From NCBI RefSeq assembly GCF_009914755.1, contig NC_060929.1: 64,000 nucleotides of DNA; one strand, given 5' to 3'. The stretch comes from the human T2T-CHM13v2.0 reference genome, Homo sapiens. Below, in pieces: positions 1 to 13,853 of the stretch. The notes beneath the pieces were generated by a model. That model did not search any database, was not told the DNA's origin, and was given only the letters and a program-made list of their open reading frames with translations. The translations under genes were made by a program, and so were the position numbers. Each line of letters begins with the position of its first letter. Within the stretch, counting starts at the first letter, position 1.

Positions 1-1
1 C

Positions 2-388
<387 letters not shown>

Positions 389-791
389 TTAGCTGCATCA
401 TAAATTGTTTTGCTGAGTTCTACAAAAAGCCCTGGGAAGTTAGCAAAGTATGTATTATTGTTCTTACTTGACAGATAAGACAGTCGACACCCAGAGAGGA
501 AACACGTAAGACACTGACAAAACTAGAAAAAGAATTCAAGTTGCCCAACCTTTGTACATTTCTCTCTCAGGTTTATTTATGTTTAACTTTCAAACCTTGC
601 TACGTGGCTATAGTTCTTAGGGATTTTTGTAGTTCATGATACAAATAACTGAAGACGTATTTTCCAAATTAAAAGCAGTATTTAGTTAGTATACAAAAAT
701 TCAAGTAACTTGACTGGATACCAATAGTCTTCATTCAAGAAATATAGTTCATTTTTGTTTTTTATTTATTCAGCTTACATCTTAACTCTTT

Positions 792-2310
792 CTTTTCTTT
801 CTTTTTTTTAATTATACTTAAGTTCCTGGGAGGCCGAGGCAGGCATATCACAAGATCAGGAGATCAAGACCATCCTGGCTAACACAGTGAAATCCCATCT
901 CTACTAAAAAATACAAAAAACTAGGTGGGCGTGGTGGCAGGTGCCTATAGTCCCAGCTACTGGGGAGGCTGAGGCAGGAGAATGGCATGAACCCGGGGGG
1001 CGGAGCTTGCAGTGAGCCGAGATCGAGATCGCATCACTGCACTCCCGCCTGGGCGACAGAACAAGACTCTGTCCCAAAAATAATAATAATAATAATTAAG
1101 TTCTAGGATACATGTGCAGAACATGCAGGTTTGTTACATAGGTATACATGTGCCATGGTGGTTTGCTGCACCCATCAACCCATCACCTACATTAGGTATT
1201 TCTCCTAATGCTATCCCTAGCCCCCAACCTCCCAACAGTACCTGGTGTGTGGTGTTCCCCTCCCTGTGTCCATGTGTTCTCGTTGTTCAACTCCCACTTA
1301 TGAATGAGAACATGTGGTGTTTGGTTTTCTGTTCTTGTGTTAGTTTGCTGAGAATGATGGTTTCCAGCTTCATCCATGTCCCTACAAAGGATGTGAACTC
1401 ATCCTTTTTTATGGCTGCGTAGTATTCCATGGTGTATATGTGCCACATTTTCTTTATCCAGTCTATCATTGATGGGCATTTAGGTTGGTTCCAAGCCTTT
1501 GCTATTGTGAACAGTGCTGCAATAAACATATGTGTCCATGTGTCTTTTCAGACACATCTTTTTTTAGTAGAATGATTTATAATCCTTTGGGTGTATACCC
1601 AGTAATGGGATTGCTGGGTCAAATGGTATTTCTAGTTCTAGATCCTTGAGGGATCACCACACTGTCTTCCACAATAGTTGAACTAATTTACGCTCCCACC
1701 AACAGTGTAAAAGCATTCCTATTTCTCCACATCCTTTCCAGCATCTGTTGTTTCCTGACTTTTTAATGATGGCCATTCTAACTGGCGTGAGATGTTATCT
1801 CATTGTGGTTTTGATTTGCATTTCTCTAATGACCAGTGATGATGAGTATTTTTTCATGTGTCTGTTGGCTGCATAAATGTCTTCTTTTGAGAAGTGTCTG
1901 TTCATATCCTTTGCCCACTTTGTGATGGGGTGTTTGTTTTTTTCTTATAAATTTGTTTAAGTTCCTTGTAGATTCTGGTTATAGCCCTTTGTCAGATGAA
2001 TGATTGCAAAAATTTTCTCCCATTCTGTAGGTGGCTGTTCACTCTGATGATAGTTTCTTTTGCTGTGCAGAAGCTCTTTAGTTTAATTAGATCCCATTTG
2101 TCAATTTTGGCTTTTGTTGCAATTGCTTTTGGTGTTTTAGTCATGAAGTCTTTGCCTATCCCTATGTCCTGTATGGTATTGCCTAGGTTTTCTTCTAGGG
2201 TTTTCATGGTTTTAGGTCTTACATTTAAATCTTTAATCCATCATGAGTTAATTTTTGTATAAGGTGTAAGGAAGGGGTCCAGTTTCAGTTTTCTGCATGT
2301 GGCTAGCCAG
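792..2310 (-). mobile_element. 5'-truncated L1PA (approx. L1PA7/8): ORF2 C-terminus and 3' UTR, interrupted by AluY
   Basis: Minus-strand ORFs 1287-1529 (MFIAALFTIAKAWNQPKCPS...) and 1992-2207 ([13 protein letters not shown]...) match the L1 ORF2p C-terminus. Poly-T tail at ~792-810. Target-site duplication (TSD) TTAACTCTTT at 782-791 and 2311-2320. Confidence 0.93.
827..1097 (+). mobile_element. 5'-truncated AluY inserted in the L1 3' end
   Basis: Begins at TGGGAGGCCGAGG (first ~40 nt missing). AluY-type ATGGC(A)TGAACCCGGG...GGAGCTTGCAG, (AAT)n tail, flanked by TAAGTTC repeats. Confidence 0.9.
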
Positions 2311-2430
2311 TTAACTCTTTAACTGTAGTGTGGTAATGGGAAGAGAACTGAATGAGAATCTGGGTGTCTTGTCTGTCTTATCCCTTTTCTGTAGTGGTAC
2401 ATAACCCTGGGCAAATCGCTTACCCTCCTT

Positions 2431-2742
2431 TTTTGTTTTGAGACGGAGTCTCGCTCTGTTGCCCAGGCTGGAGTGCAGTGGTGCAGTGGCGTGATCTCGG
2501 GTCACTGCAAGCTCTGCCTCCCGGGTTCACGCCATTCTCCTGCTTCAGCCTCCTGAGTAGCTGGGACTACAGGCACCGCCACCACTCCCGGCTAATTTTT
2601 TTTTTTTTTTTTTTGTATTTTTTTAGTAGAGATGGGGTTTCACCATGTTAGCCAGGATGGTCTCAATCTCCTTACCTCGTGATCCGCCTGCCTCGGCCTC
2701 CCAAGGTGCTGGGATTACAGGCGTGAGCCACTGCGCCCGGCC
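2431..2742 (-). mobile_element. AluY inserted within a MIR remnant
   Basis: Reverse Alu with AluY diagnostic text GCAAGCTCTGCCTCCCGGGTTCACGCCATTC. 15-bp TSD C(G/A)CTTACCCTCCTTT at 2417-2431 and 2743-2757. Confidence 0.95.
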
Positions 2743-4739
2743 CACTTACCCTCCTTTAACCTTAGTTGCCTCATTGGTAAAACTGGGAATAGCATCTGCT
2801 TTTCATGCTTTGCCAGGTGTGTGTGTGTGTGTGTTTGTGTGTGTGTGAGATAAGCAACAATAAGATAATATATGAGAGAGTGCTTGGCAAATTGCAAAGC
2901 ACATCAGAAAAGTAAAATAATATTTTTCCTCAATACTGCAGAACAGGTGAAAGGATACCACTTAGGCTAATTCAAGGAAGAAAGTGAAAGGCCATTTATG
3001 AAATTTCAGCCTTAGCTGCTGTTAGCATTTATTTGCTCCAACAATACAAGCTGACCATCAGTAAAAATTGCCACTATGAAAGCAACTCAAGGGTAGCAGT
3101 TTACAATAGGCTAGGTGCCCCTTCCTCAGGAACAAAGTTACATCAGTTACAGCAAGGTGAAATTTCAAGGTTTAGGGATGAGAGTAGAGTGCAAACTGTA
3201 GGATTAAATCCAAGTTCACTATAATTTAGTAGTTTACAAGTAGTTTAGTTGTTTTCAGACTTTCTGTCTGGCTGCTGGGTTTTCAAATTTTCTTACCAAA
3301 GGAATTCAGTTTTTGGAAAGAGAAATAATTTGGCAAATGTGCGTGAGGGAGTTGTGGTGCTGGGCGGGTGGGCATGTACATTTAGGCACTCATGCAAGCA
3401 AGAACTAAATGTTTAGAGGCAAACTGAATTGTTCAAAATTGTTTTTGACTTTTTATCACAAGCAGTTACTCAAGGAAGATTCATGGAGCCAAGAATACAA
3501 TCTACTACCAATATGAAATACTTATCTAAAAGACTTGACTGAAATGTGCTGTAATAAGAGATTCTTGGATTTTTTCTGTTCCATTCTGGTGGGGAGGAGG
3601 GGAGCAGAATCTGCCAAATTAATATGCATCTATATGAGGGATTATATTTGAGGTTGTCCAAATGTCCTAGTGCTTTTGTTGCACTAAAGAAGATGTAAAT
3701 GACCCTTATCCATTTCTACCCATTCTGCTCAGCTCTTGATATTCCTTTACTATATAGTTCTGAAATAAAGAATTTGGATCAATAAAAATAGGTTAATAAA
3801 TGAATAGAAAAGAGGGAGAAAACAGAAAGAGAATTGATTTGTCAGAAAATTACCATAGAAAATAATTATTCCTCTCTCCACTTGCAAGATAATTTATTTT
3901 CAAATATATTTAAATACTCTCTAATACATCATTGGTTTGCAAGTGGCCCTTTAAGAAAATATGCCTCTATATGGGATATTGGCCAAGTGATTAAGTGATG
4001 ATGTTGAGAAGTCCCTTAATCATAAAGCAGGTTTTTCAAATGATCTTTCTGCAGCAGAATACCCCAGTGCTGTGCTGCTTACTGAGAAGGAAAGTAGACT
4101 TAACTTGTTCAGTTTTCTTATAAACCATTGTTTATGGTTAAACTGACTTGAGAAATAAATGTGCATCTAACACATTTTTTGATAGTGGATTGCACTATAT
4201 GTCTCAGATAAAAGTTTAGAAATGTTTCTTACTTTTATGGCATTTATAGTGTACCATGTCCTTTAACTTAGAACTAAAGAACAAAGGCATACATTTTCTG
4301 TTATTTCAAGACTACTTTCTGGCTCTAATTTTTGCTAAACTCACATCTGAAATACTGCTTGCCCACAGGTAGTGTTGGTAGCACCCAGGCCTTTTGAATG
4401 GTTGATAATAAGCTGTTCTTTTAGAAAGTTATTAATGTAGGTCCTCTTGGTGTTAATAGCAATTACTGGGGAAAAAAAAGTTGAGTGATCGGTGGAATCA
4501 AGGAATAAGCCTAGATTTAACAAAGTTAAAAGGCTTCATTAATGCAGGAGTCGTTGCAGCCTTGAAAAATGATGTCTGTGATTCTTTTAATGGCAAATTT
4601 AATGGGCAATATTTCCCTCCACCAACAACTTGACCATGAAATCCTTTTTTCATGAAGGTATCTCTTGGGAAAGAAAGTTAATTTAGAAATTGATATTAGC
4701 ATGAACATTAGGAAAGCCTTTAAAATAGGTTGACTCTGC

Positions 4740-4900
4740 ATTAGAATCAGACATGGTTCCAATCTGGGCTCTGCTGCTTATTAACTATGTGCCTGGACAC
4801 GTTGCAAACACCCTTCTGAGCCTCAATTTCCTCAGCTGTAAAATGAGAACAGGAATACTTCAGATTATGTTTTGAAGATTAGAAGAAACTGAGAAATGGC
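4740..4900 (+). mobile_element. MIR fragment
   Basis: Core MIR motif CTGAGCCTCAATTTCCTCAGCTGTAAAATGAG. Confidence 0.75.
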
Positions 4901-5769
4901 CATGTAAATTGCAAGGTATTTTAAAGATATAAACTATTAAGAAAATAATTAGTATAGCATTAAAAGTTGATCTAAGAATGTTTGCCCTACTCATTTTTTT
5001 AAATGTGCTTTGACATTAGATTAATGATCTGTAGTAATCATGTTTCCTGATGTTGTAAAGGTGAGTTGTTCTATTTGAAACCTTTCAAATACAGAAATAT
5101 TAATTTTAGGAGAAATAACTAAAACATAATAAGGCAAATGTCTCTCCCCTGCCCCTCCCAGTCTGTGACACACTTTCCTCTTTTGCCCCCTCTGGCCCTC
5201 AGGCTCCTGCACAGACTGCGTGCAGCCCCCTCCCAGCCCTGCAATCCCTGAGCTGGAGTTGCCCCTTGGTTGGGTCCAAGTCACAGGGGTGGGGGGCCTA
5301 CGGGCCAGGAGGAAGCCACACTGGCCTGCGGCCTGCGTGGAGGAGGTGGAGGTACCCAACATGGCTGGTGGAGCATGAGCGCCCCAGATGGCAGATTGGA
5401 GGCTTTCAGCGGGCTTCCTCCGCTTGGAATTAGCAACATAGTGCATAAAGGTCAACTCTGTGAGCTTTAATTGAGGAAGGGAAGCAGCAGTTCACTAGAA
5501 TAGCAAAGGATACCCCAGACTCTGTGGAGAAGGTGGGCAAGCAGCCCCCACGTCGGCGTTCTGCTGATAATGTGTGAAGCCCTAGTATGTGAGAGGAACA
5601 GCCAGTCTCCCCTTGCGTTTCGCCTTTCCGCTAGTGATCTGTGCAGCCCAGGCCAAGGGAGAGCACCCTGTTTCTGCCAAGCCCGGGAGCTAGTTTGGGG
5701 AGAGGCTGAGATACCGAGAGGGAAAGACACTGGGAAAAGCTGCAGGCATTTTTCCAGACCTGGGACTGA

Positions 5770-6094
<325 letters not shown>

Positions 6095-7049
6095 TAAATC
6101 TGGGCTCATACAAAGTCGGTCGTTGTTTGGTAACCTGGCAATGGTAGCCACGGCAGGCATTTTAGTCTTGGGCCAGAGATTGGAGCATTTGCTTTGGAGC
6201 GAGGGAAAGGTCCCCACAGCCGGAAATGGGCAGTGAGTTTGGAGAGTGCCCTAGCAGTGGGTGCTGAAACTAAGCTCTCTCTCATCCCAAGACTGGAATG
6301 GGAGGAGAATTGCAGAAGCCTACTGCGTTTCTCCTGAGCAGCATGACTTGCAGCCAGGGACAGCTTTGCGACCTGAAGCAGGTCTGTGTGGGTCACTGAT
6401 GGGTGCCTCAGACTGCTTCCTTGGTCAGTTGAGGGAGAGTGCTTCACCAGCTGCAAGGAGTAGGAGGGAGGTGGATCCCACTCACCTGGAGATCTAACCC
6501 TCCGTGTGAACTGCCACTAAGCGAAGGGGGAGTGCAGCCCGCCAAAGTCCCTTTGGGGTCAAAGGAACTATGAGTGCTGTGACAGCCACCAAAGGGCACA
6601 ACACCAAAGCCTGGGAACAGACTTGGAGATGGGGGTCATCTCTCACTTCCAGACAGCCTCCCCAGTGTACTTTCGTGGACATAGCAGCGCCTCTTCCTGC
6701 TGGGTCCCAGGGAGTGTAGGGTGAAAGAGGTGCCTCTCAGGCTTTTCCAGGGGCTCCACCCCCGATGAAGACAAACGGTATGCGGAAGAGGTGGGGAGGG
6801 CACTCGTGCTTTTCTGTTGCCTCCACCCCTGCTGAAGGCGTGCATAAGCAGAGTTAAGAGCCTCCTGCCAGCTCATCTCTTACTCTTAAGCACCATCTAC
6901 TGGACTGCAGCCTGAATTACACCACCAAATAAGAATACATTGCTACACCAAGCAAGTCTGAAAAACCCATCATATGAAGCTATCTGCAACCAAGGAACTC
7001 TACAGAGCCCTGTTCCCATAACAGCATCCAGAAACAAAGCTAATCGATC

Positions 7050-7494
7050 TGTTAAAACAGAGTTAATACGGCCGGAGAAGGACTCCATACTTCTGTAGTT
7101 TAGACCTTGTGGATGAACTGTAATCTAACTTAATAGGTAGACAAGATTGACAACCTAACTTAGCAGTATGCACCTGTAACAATAGCTGAGTCTTGGCCAA
7201 TCCCAGCAGTCATACTTCAACCACTCATACACTGCCAAGTGTTTAAACTGTGTTCGAATAAGGCAAACGCCAATCAGTCCAGCTATTTCTGTAACTCACG
7301 CCCAATTTCTGTATGTCACTTTCCTTTTCTTGTCTATAAATTTGTTCTGCCCATGAGGCATCCCTGGAGTCTCACTGAATCTGCTGTGTTTCTGGAGGCT
7401 GCCGAATTTGTGAATAGGTTTTTGTTTGTTTGTTTGTTTGTTTTTTCTTGCTCAGTTAAACGCTGCTAAATTTAATTTGTCTGAAGTTTTAACA
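7050..7494 (+). mobile_element. Solo LTR, MER57A-like (ERV1), nested in the L1 5' UTR
   Basis: TGTT...AACA termini and perfect 4-bp TSD GATC (7046-7049, 7495-7498). Internal text GAGAAGGACTCC...GAGTCTTGGCCAATCCCAGC matches recalled MER57A. Confidence 0.88.
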
Positions 7495-8804
7495 GATCAT
7501 ACACAACATCCACCACAGTCATAACCTCAAGGCAAAAAAGGAATAAAATATCAAAAAACTCCATCTAAATTATAAACAATTCAGAAAAAGAAGTGTCAGC
7601 TCCCTCAGATGGGAAGGAACCAGCATAAGAACTCCAGAAGTACAAAAAGCCAGAGTGTTTCATCACCTTCAAAGATCACACTAGCTCCCTAGCAATGGAT
7701 CCTAACATTAAATGTCTGAAATGACAGATAAATAATTCAGAATATTGATGACAAAAAAACTAAAAGAGATACAAGAGAAAGTTGAAATTCAACACAAGGA
7801 GAACAGAAAAAAGATGCAGGATTTGGAAGATAAAATAGCTGTATTAAGAAATAACCAAACAGAACTTCTGTAATTGAAAAATTTACTACATGATTTTTCA
7901 AAATACAGTTTGAACCCTTAACAACAGACTAGACCAAGCAGAAGAATTTCAGAGCTCAAAGACTGCTCTTTCAAATCAACTCAGACAAAAATAAAGAAAA
8001 CAGAATTTAAAACAAAGCCTTCAAGAAATATGGGATTATGTAAAGTGGTAAAATCTATGACTTATTGGGATTCCTGTGAGCGAAGAAGAGAAAGTAAGCA
8101 ACCTAGAAAACACATTTGAGGATATAATTCATGAAAATGTGCCCAGTCTTGCTAGACAGGTCAAGATGCAGACACAGGAAATCCAGAGAACTCCATGAAC
8201 TACTATACAAAATGACTGTCTCCAAGGTACATAGTTATCAGACTATCCAAGGTCAATGCAAAAGAAAAAGTCTTAAAGTCAGCTAGAGAAAAGGACTATA
8301 TCAGGCTATGATAGGAAACCCATCAGACTAACAGTGCACTTCTATGATGGAAACCCATCAGACTAACAGAAGACTTCTCAGCAGAAACCTTACAAGGCTG
8401 AAGAGATTGGGGGCCCATTTTTATCATTCTTAAAGAAAATAAATGCCAGGCAAGAATTTCATATCCCACCAAACTAAGCTTCGTAAGCGAAGGAGAAATA
8501 AACTCTTTTCCAGACAAGCAATTGCTAAGGGAATTGGCCACCACCAGACCAGCCCTACAAGAGATGCTTAAGGGAGTACTAAACATAAAAACAAAAGAAC
8601 AATACACTACCACAAAAGCATGTATAAACACATAGCCCATGGATCCTATAAAGCAACTACACAATTGATACTACAAAGCAAGTAGCTAACAACACTATGA
8701 CAAGAACAAATCCCCACGTATCAGTATTAACCTTGAATGTAAACAGCCTAAATGCTCCACTGAAAAGAAATAGAGTGGCAAATTGGATTAAAAAAACAAG
8801 ACCC

Positions 8805-8965
8805 AGCCAGACACAGTGGCTCATGCCTGTAATCCCAGGAATTTGGGAGGCCAAGGCAGGAGGATTGACTGAGCTCAGGAGATTGAAATCACCATGGGCA
8901 ACATAGCAAGACCCTGTCTCTATTTTAAAAAAGAAAAGAAAACAAAAACAAACAAACAAACAAAA
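8805..8965 (+). mobile_element. Alu monomer (FLAM-like) inserted in the L1 ORF2 endonuclease region
   Basis: Single Alu arm with A-rich tail, flanked by repeated AAGACCCA. L1 ORF2 resumes afterwards. Confidence 0.85.
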
Positions 8966-11900
8966 AGACCCATCATTCTGTTGCTTTCAAAAGACACATA
9001 TCACCATAGTACATGTAATAACACACATAGGCTCAAAGTAAAGGGGTGGCGAAAGATCTGTTATGCAGATGGAAAAAAAGATCAGGGGTCACTATTCTTG
9101 TATCAGATAAAACAGACTTTTTAAATCAACAACAGTAGAAAAAGGACTAGGGCATTACATAATGAAGAAGGGTTCAATTCAACAAGATTTATCCTATACA
9201 CACCCAAGATTGGAGCACTCAGATTTCTAAAACTATTATTTCTAGACCTAGGAAAAGAATTAAACGGCCACATAATAATAGTGGGGGACTTCAACACCTC
9301 ACTGACAGTGTTAGATAGATCATCAAGGCAGAAAACTAACAAATTCTGAACTTAAATTCAACAGTTGACTAATTGAACCTAATAGACATCTACAGAATAC
9401 TCCACCCACCAACAACAGAACATACTTTTTTCTCATGTGCACATAGAAAATACTCTAAGATTGACCACATGCTTTGTCACAAAGCAAATCTCAGTAAATT
9501 CAAAAAAGATTGAAATCATACCAAGCATTTCAGACTACAGCATAGTAAAAATGAAAATCAACACCAAGAGAAACTCTCAAAACATGGAAACTAAACAACT
9601 TGCTCCTGAATGACTTTTGGGTAAATATAAAAATAAGGCATACATAAACACTTTTTGAAACAAATGAAAATAGACATACAACATACCAAAACCTGAGATA
9701 TAGCAAAAGCAGTGTTAAGAAGAAAGTGTATAGCACTAAAAACCTACATCAAGAAGATAGAAAGATCTCAAATTAACAATCTCACATTGTACTTATAGGA
9801 ACTGGAAAATCAAGTAGAAACAAATCCCAAAGCCAGTAGAAGAAATAACTAAAATCAGAGCAGAACTAAATGAAATTGAGTCCTTCAAAGAAACATACAA
9901 AGGATCAACAAAATGAAAAGTTTGTACTTTGAAAGGATAAATAAGGTTGATAGATTCCTAGCTAGATTAACAAAGAAAAACAGAGAGATCCAAATAAGCA
10001 CAATAAGGAATAACTAAGGTGATATGACAACTGATCCTACAGAAATACAAAAGATCCTCAGAGACTATTACTGACACATCTATGTGCACAGACTAGAAAA
10101 TCTAAAGGAAATGGATAAATTCTTAGAAACACATATCCAAGATTGAATCAGGATGAAATCAAAACCCTAGACAGATCAATAACGAGTTCCAAAATCGAAT
10201 CAGTAATAAAAAATATACCAACCAAAAAGTTCTGGAACCCCAGATGGATTCCTAATCAATTTTTACCATATGTATAAACAAGAGCGAGTACCAATCCTAC
10301 TAAAACTATTCTGAAAAACTGGGGAGGAGAGATTCCTCTCTGACTCATTCCATGAAACCAGTGTCATCCTGATACCAAAATCTGGCAAAGGACACAATGC
10401 AAAACGAAAACTACATACCAATATGTCTCATGAACTTAGATGCAAAAATCCTTAACAAAACATGAGCAAACTGAATCCAGCAGCATATCAAAAAGTTAAT
10501 TCACCACAATCAAGTAGGCTTTATTTCTGGGATGCAGGGTTGGTCCAATATACACAAATCAATAAGCGTGATTCAACACATAAACAGAATATTAAAACAA
10601 AAACTATATGATCACCCCAATAGATACAGAAAAGCATTCAATAAAATTTAACATCCCTTCATTATGAAAACCCTTAAAATACTAGGCATTGAAGGAACAT
10701 ACCTCAAAATAACAAGAGCCATCTGTGACAAACACACAGCCAACACCATACTGCACAGGCAAAAGCTGGAGGCATCTCCTTGAAGAACTAAAACAACACA
10801 AGGATGTTCACTGCCACCACTCCTATTAAACATATTACTGGAAGTCCAAGTCAAAGAAATCAGACAAGAGAAAAAGTCATCCAAATAGGAAAAGAGGAAG
10901 TGAAATTATTGATCTTAACTGACAATATGATGCCATACCTAGAAAACCCTAAAGACTCTGCCAAAAGGCCCCTAGACCTGATATACGACTTCAGTAAAGT
11001 TTCAGGATACAAAGTCAACATACAAAAATCAGTAGCATTTCTATGCACCAATAACATTCAAGCTGAGAGCCAAATCAAGACCAGAACCTCATTTACAATG
11101 GCCACCAAAGAATAAATTCCCAGGATTACATCTAACCAAGGAGGTGAAAGATCTTTACAAGGAGAACTACAAAACACTGCTGAAAGAAATCACAGATGAC
11201 ACAAACAGATGGAAAAACATTCCATGCTATTGGAAGAATCAATATCATTAAAATGTCCATACTGCTCAAAGCAATCTATAGATTCAATACTATTCCTATC
11301 AAATTACCAATGTCGTTTTTTGCAGAATTAGAAAAAAAGTGTTCTTAAATTTATATGGAACCAAAAAAGAACCTGAATAGCCAAACCAAACTTAGGCAAA
11401 AACAATAAAGCCAGGGGCATCACATTACTCAACTTCAAACTATACTACAAGGCTACATCAACCAAAACAGCATGGTACTGGTACAAAAATAGACACATAG
11501 ACAAATGGAACAGAATAGAAACTCCAGAAATAAAGCCACACACCTACAACCAATTGACCTTGGACAAACTTGAAAAAAATAAGCAATAAGGGAAGACTCT
11601 CTACTGAATAAATATTGCTGGGCTAGCTGGCTAGCCACATGCAGAAGAATGAAACTGGACCCTTACCTTTTACTGTGTGTAAAAACTAACTCACGATGGA
11701 TTAAAGATTTAAATGTAAGACCTGTTTGTTCTGTTTATATATAAATATATATACTTATATATATTAAAAACTTATATACACACACAAACAGACAACATAT
11801 GAATTGAGAGAATATTTAAGACTCATTTGCTCTGTTTATATATAAATATAAATGGAATGGGAGAAAAGATTTGCAAATGATGCATCTGACATAGGTCTAA

Positions 11901-12933
11901 TATTTAGAATCTATAAGGAACTTAAATAATCCAGTGAAAAACAAATAAACCCCATTTAAAAAGAAGCAAAGTACATGAACAGACACTTCTCAAAAGAAGA
12001 CAATTATTAAAAAGTCAAAAAATAACAGATGTTGGCAAGACTGTGGAGAAGAGGGAACACTTATATACTGTTGGTTAGAATGTAAATTAGTTCAGCCCCC
12101 AAGGAGAGAAATTTGGAGTTTTCTCACAGAGCGAAAAATAGAACTACCATTAAACCCAGCAACCCCATTAACAGGATTAATACCCAAAGGAAATAAATTG
12201 TTCTACAAAAAAACCCACCTGCATTCATATGTTTGTCACAACACTATTCACAATAGCAAAAACATGGAATCACCATGTCGGTGCCCATCAACAGTAGCTT
12301 AAAGAAAATGTAGTACATGTACACCATGGAATACTACACAGCCACAAAAAGAATGAAATCATGTTCTTTGCAGCAACACAGACGCAGCTGGAGGCCATTA
12401 TCCTAAGCAAATTAACAGAAACAGAAAACCAAAACTTGCAGGTTCTCTTAAGTGGGAGCTAAACATCAAGTACGTACAGACCTAAACATGAGAAGAATAG
12501 ACACTAGCAACTCCAGAAGAGGGGAGGCAGTGAGGTGGGTAAGGGCTGAAAATTTTTCTGTGGGATACTATGTTCACTATCAGGGTGATGGGATCAATAA
12601 AATCCTAAACCTCAGCATCATGCTATATACCCTTGTAACAAACCTGTACATGTACCCCAATAATCACAAATAAAAAATTCGAAACAAAGAATAAATGGAA
12701 ATTAAACATAAAAAAGTAGATGTTTCCAGCTGGCTCATTATTTTACAACAGTATCACATGTGAATTCTTGCATATTGCTTGTTGAATTAGTGATGATAAA
12801 TATTAAAAAGTAGGCTTCATTATAGTTGGTGAAATACCTGATTTTTTTTCTGACTTGGATCAGCAGTAAAATACTAAGAAATGAGGAAGAAAATTATGTG
12901 AGTAAATAGTATAATAGTTTTCAGTTTCACCTC

Positions 12934-13311
12934 TGTATTAGTCCATTCTCACACTGCTATGAAGAAATACCCAAGACTAGGTAATTTATAAAGGGAAGAG
13001 GTTTAATTGACTCACAGTTCCGCATTGCTGGGGAGGCCTCAGAAAACTTACAATCATGGCAGAAGGTAAAGGAGAAGCAGGCACCTTCTTCACAGGGTGG
13101 CAGACTGGAGTGAGTGCACGCAGGGGAAATGCCAGACGCTTATAAATCCATCAGATCTTGTAAGAACTCACTCACTATCACAAGAACAGCATGGGGAAAC
13201 CACCCCCATGATCCAATTACCTCCACCTGGTCCTGCCCTTGACATGTGGGGATTATGGGGATTACAATTCGAGGTGAGATTTGGGTGGGGACATGGAGCC
13301 AAACCATACTA
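12934..13311 (-). mobile_element. MaLR solo LTR, THE1D-like
   Basis: TGTATTAGTCCATTCTCACACTGCTAT...GAGATTTGGGTGGGGACA...AAACCATA, the typical reverse THE1. Flanked by (A/C)CCTC. Confidence 0.88.
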
Positions 13312-13389
13312 CCCTCCTTCCAGCATTAGCTAGATAGCTAATGGACTTGTTTATAACCCCATAAAATCAAATAAGCAGGTTGTAGAAGA

Positions 13390-13774
13390 GCATCTTAATC
13401 TGTTTTGTACCACTATAACACAATAACAGATAGATAATTTATTATGAATAGAAATTTATTATCTCACATTTCTGGAAGTTGGGAAGTTCAGATGTAGGTG
13501 TTAGGAGGTTAAGACTTGGTCTTTCTGCTTCCAATATAGTGCATTGAATGTTGTATCCTCCAGAAAGGAGGAACTTCTTTTTTGGCAGAAAAACAAGAGA
13601 AAGAGAACCTATTCGAAGAAGCCCTTTTTATAGTGGTATTAATTCATTCATGAGGGTGGAGATCCCATGACCTAAACACTTCCTATTAGGTCTCACCTTC
13701 CAACACTATTGCATTGGAAACTAAGTTTTCAACAAATGAGTTTTAGAGGGAACAAAAGCGTTGAAACCATAGCA
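13390..13774 (-). mobile_element. MaLR solo LTR (MST-type)
   Basis: TCTTAATCTGTTTTG...GAAATTTATT..CTCAC..TTCTGGA...AAACCATAGCA. Confidence 0.75.
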
Positions 13775-13853
13775 AAGAGTAAGAAAGCAGAGGTCCTTAG
13801 ACATTATTGAAATAGAGTGATCTGGTTGATGATAGTCCTTTAGAATAAAATTT

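Noticed and set aside
7609-12450. L1 ORF1/ORF2 as functional coding genes
   Set aside because: Multiple stops, frameshifts, deletions (~11725, ~12002) and an Alu monomer insertion. The element is retrotranspositionally dead.
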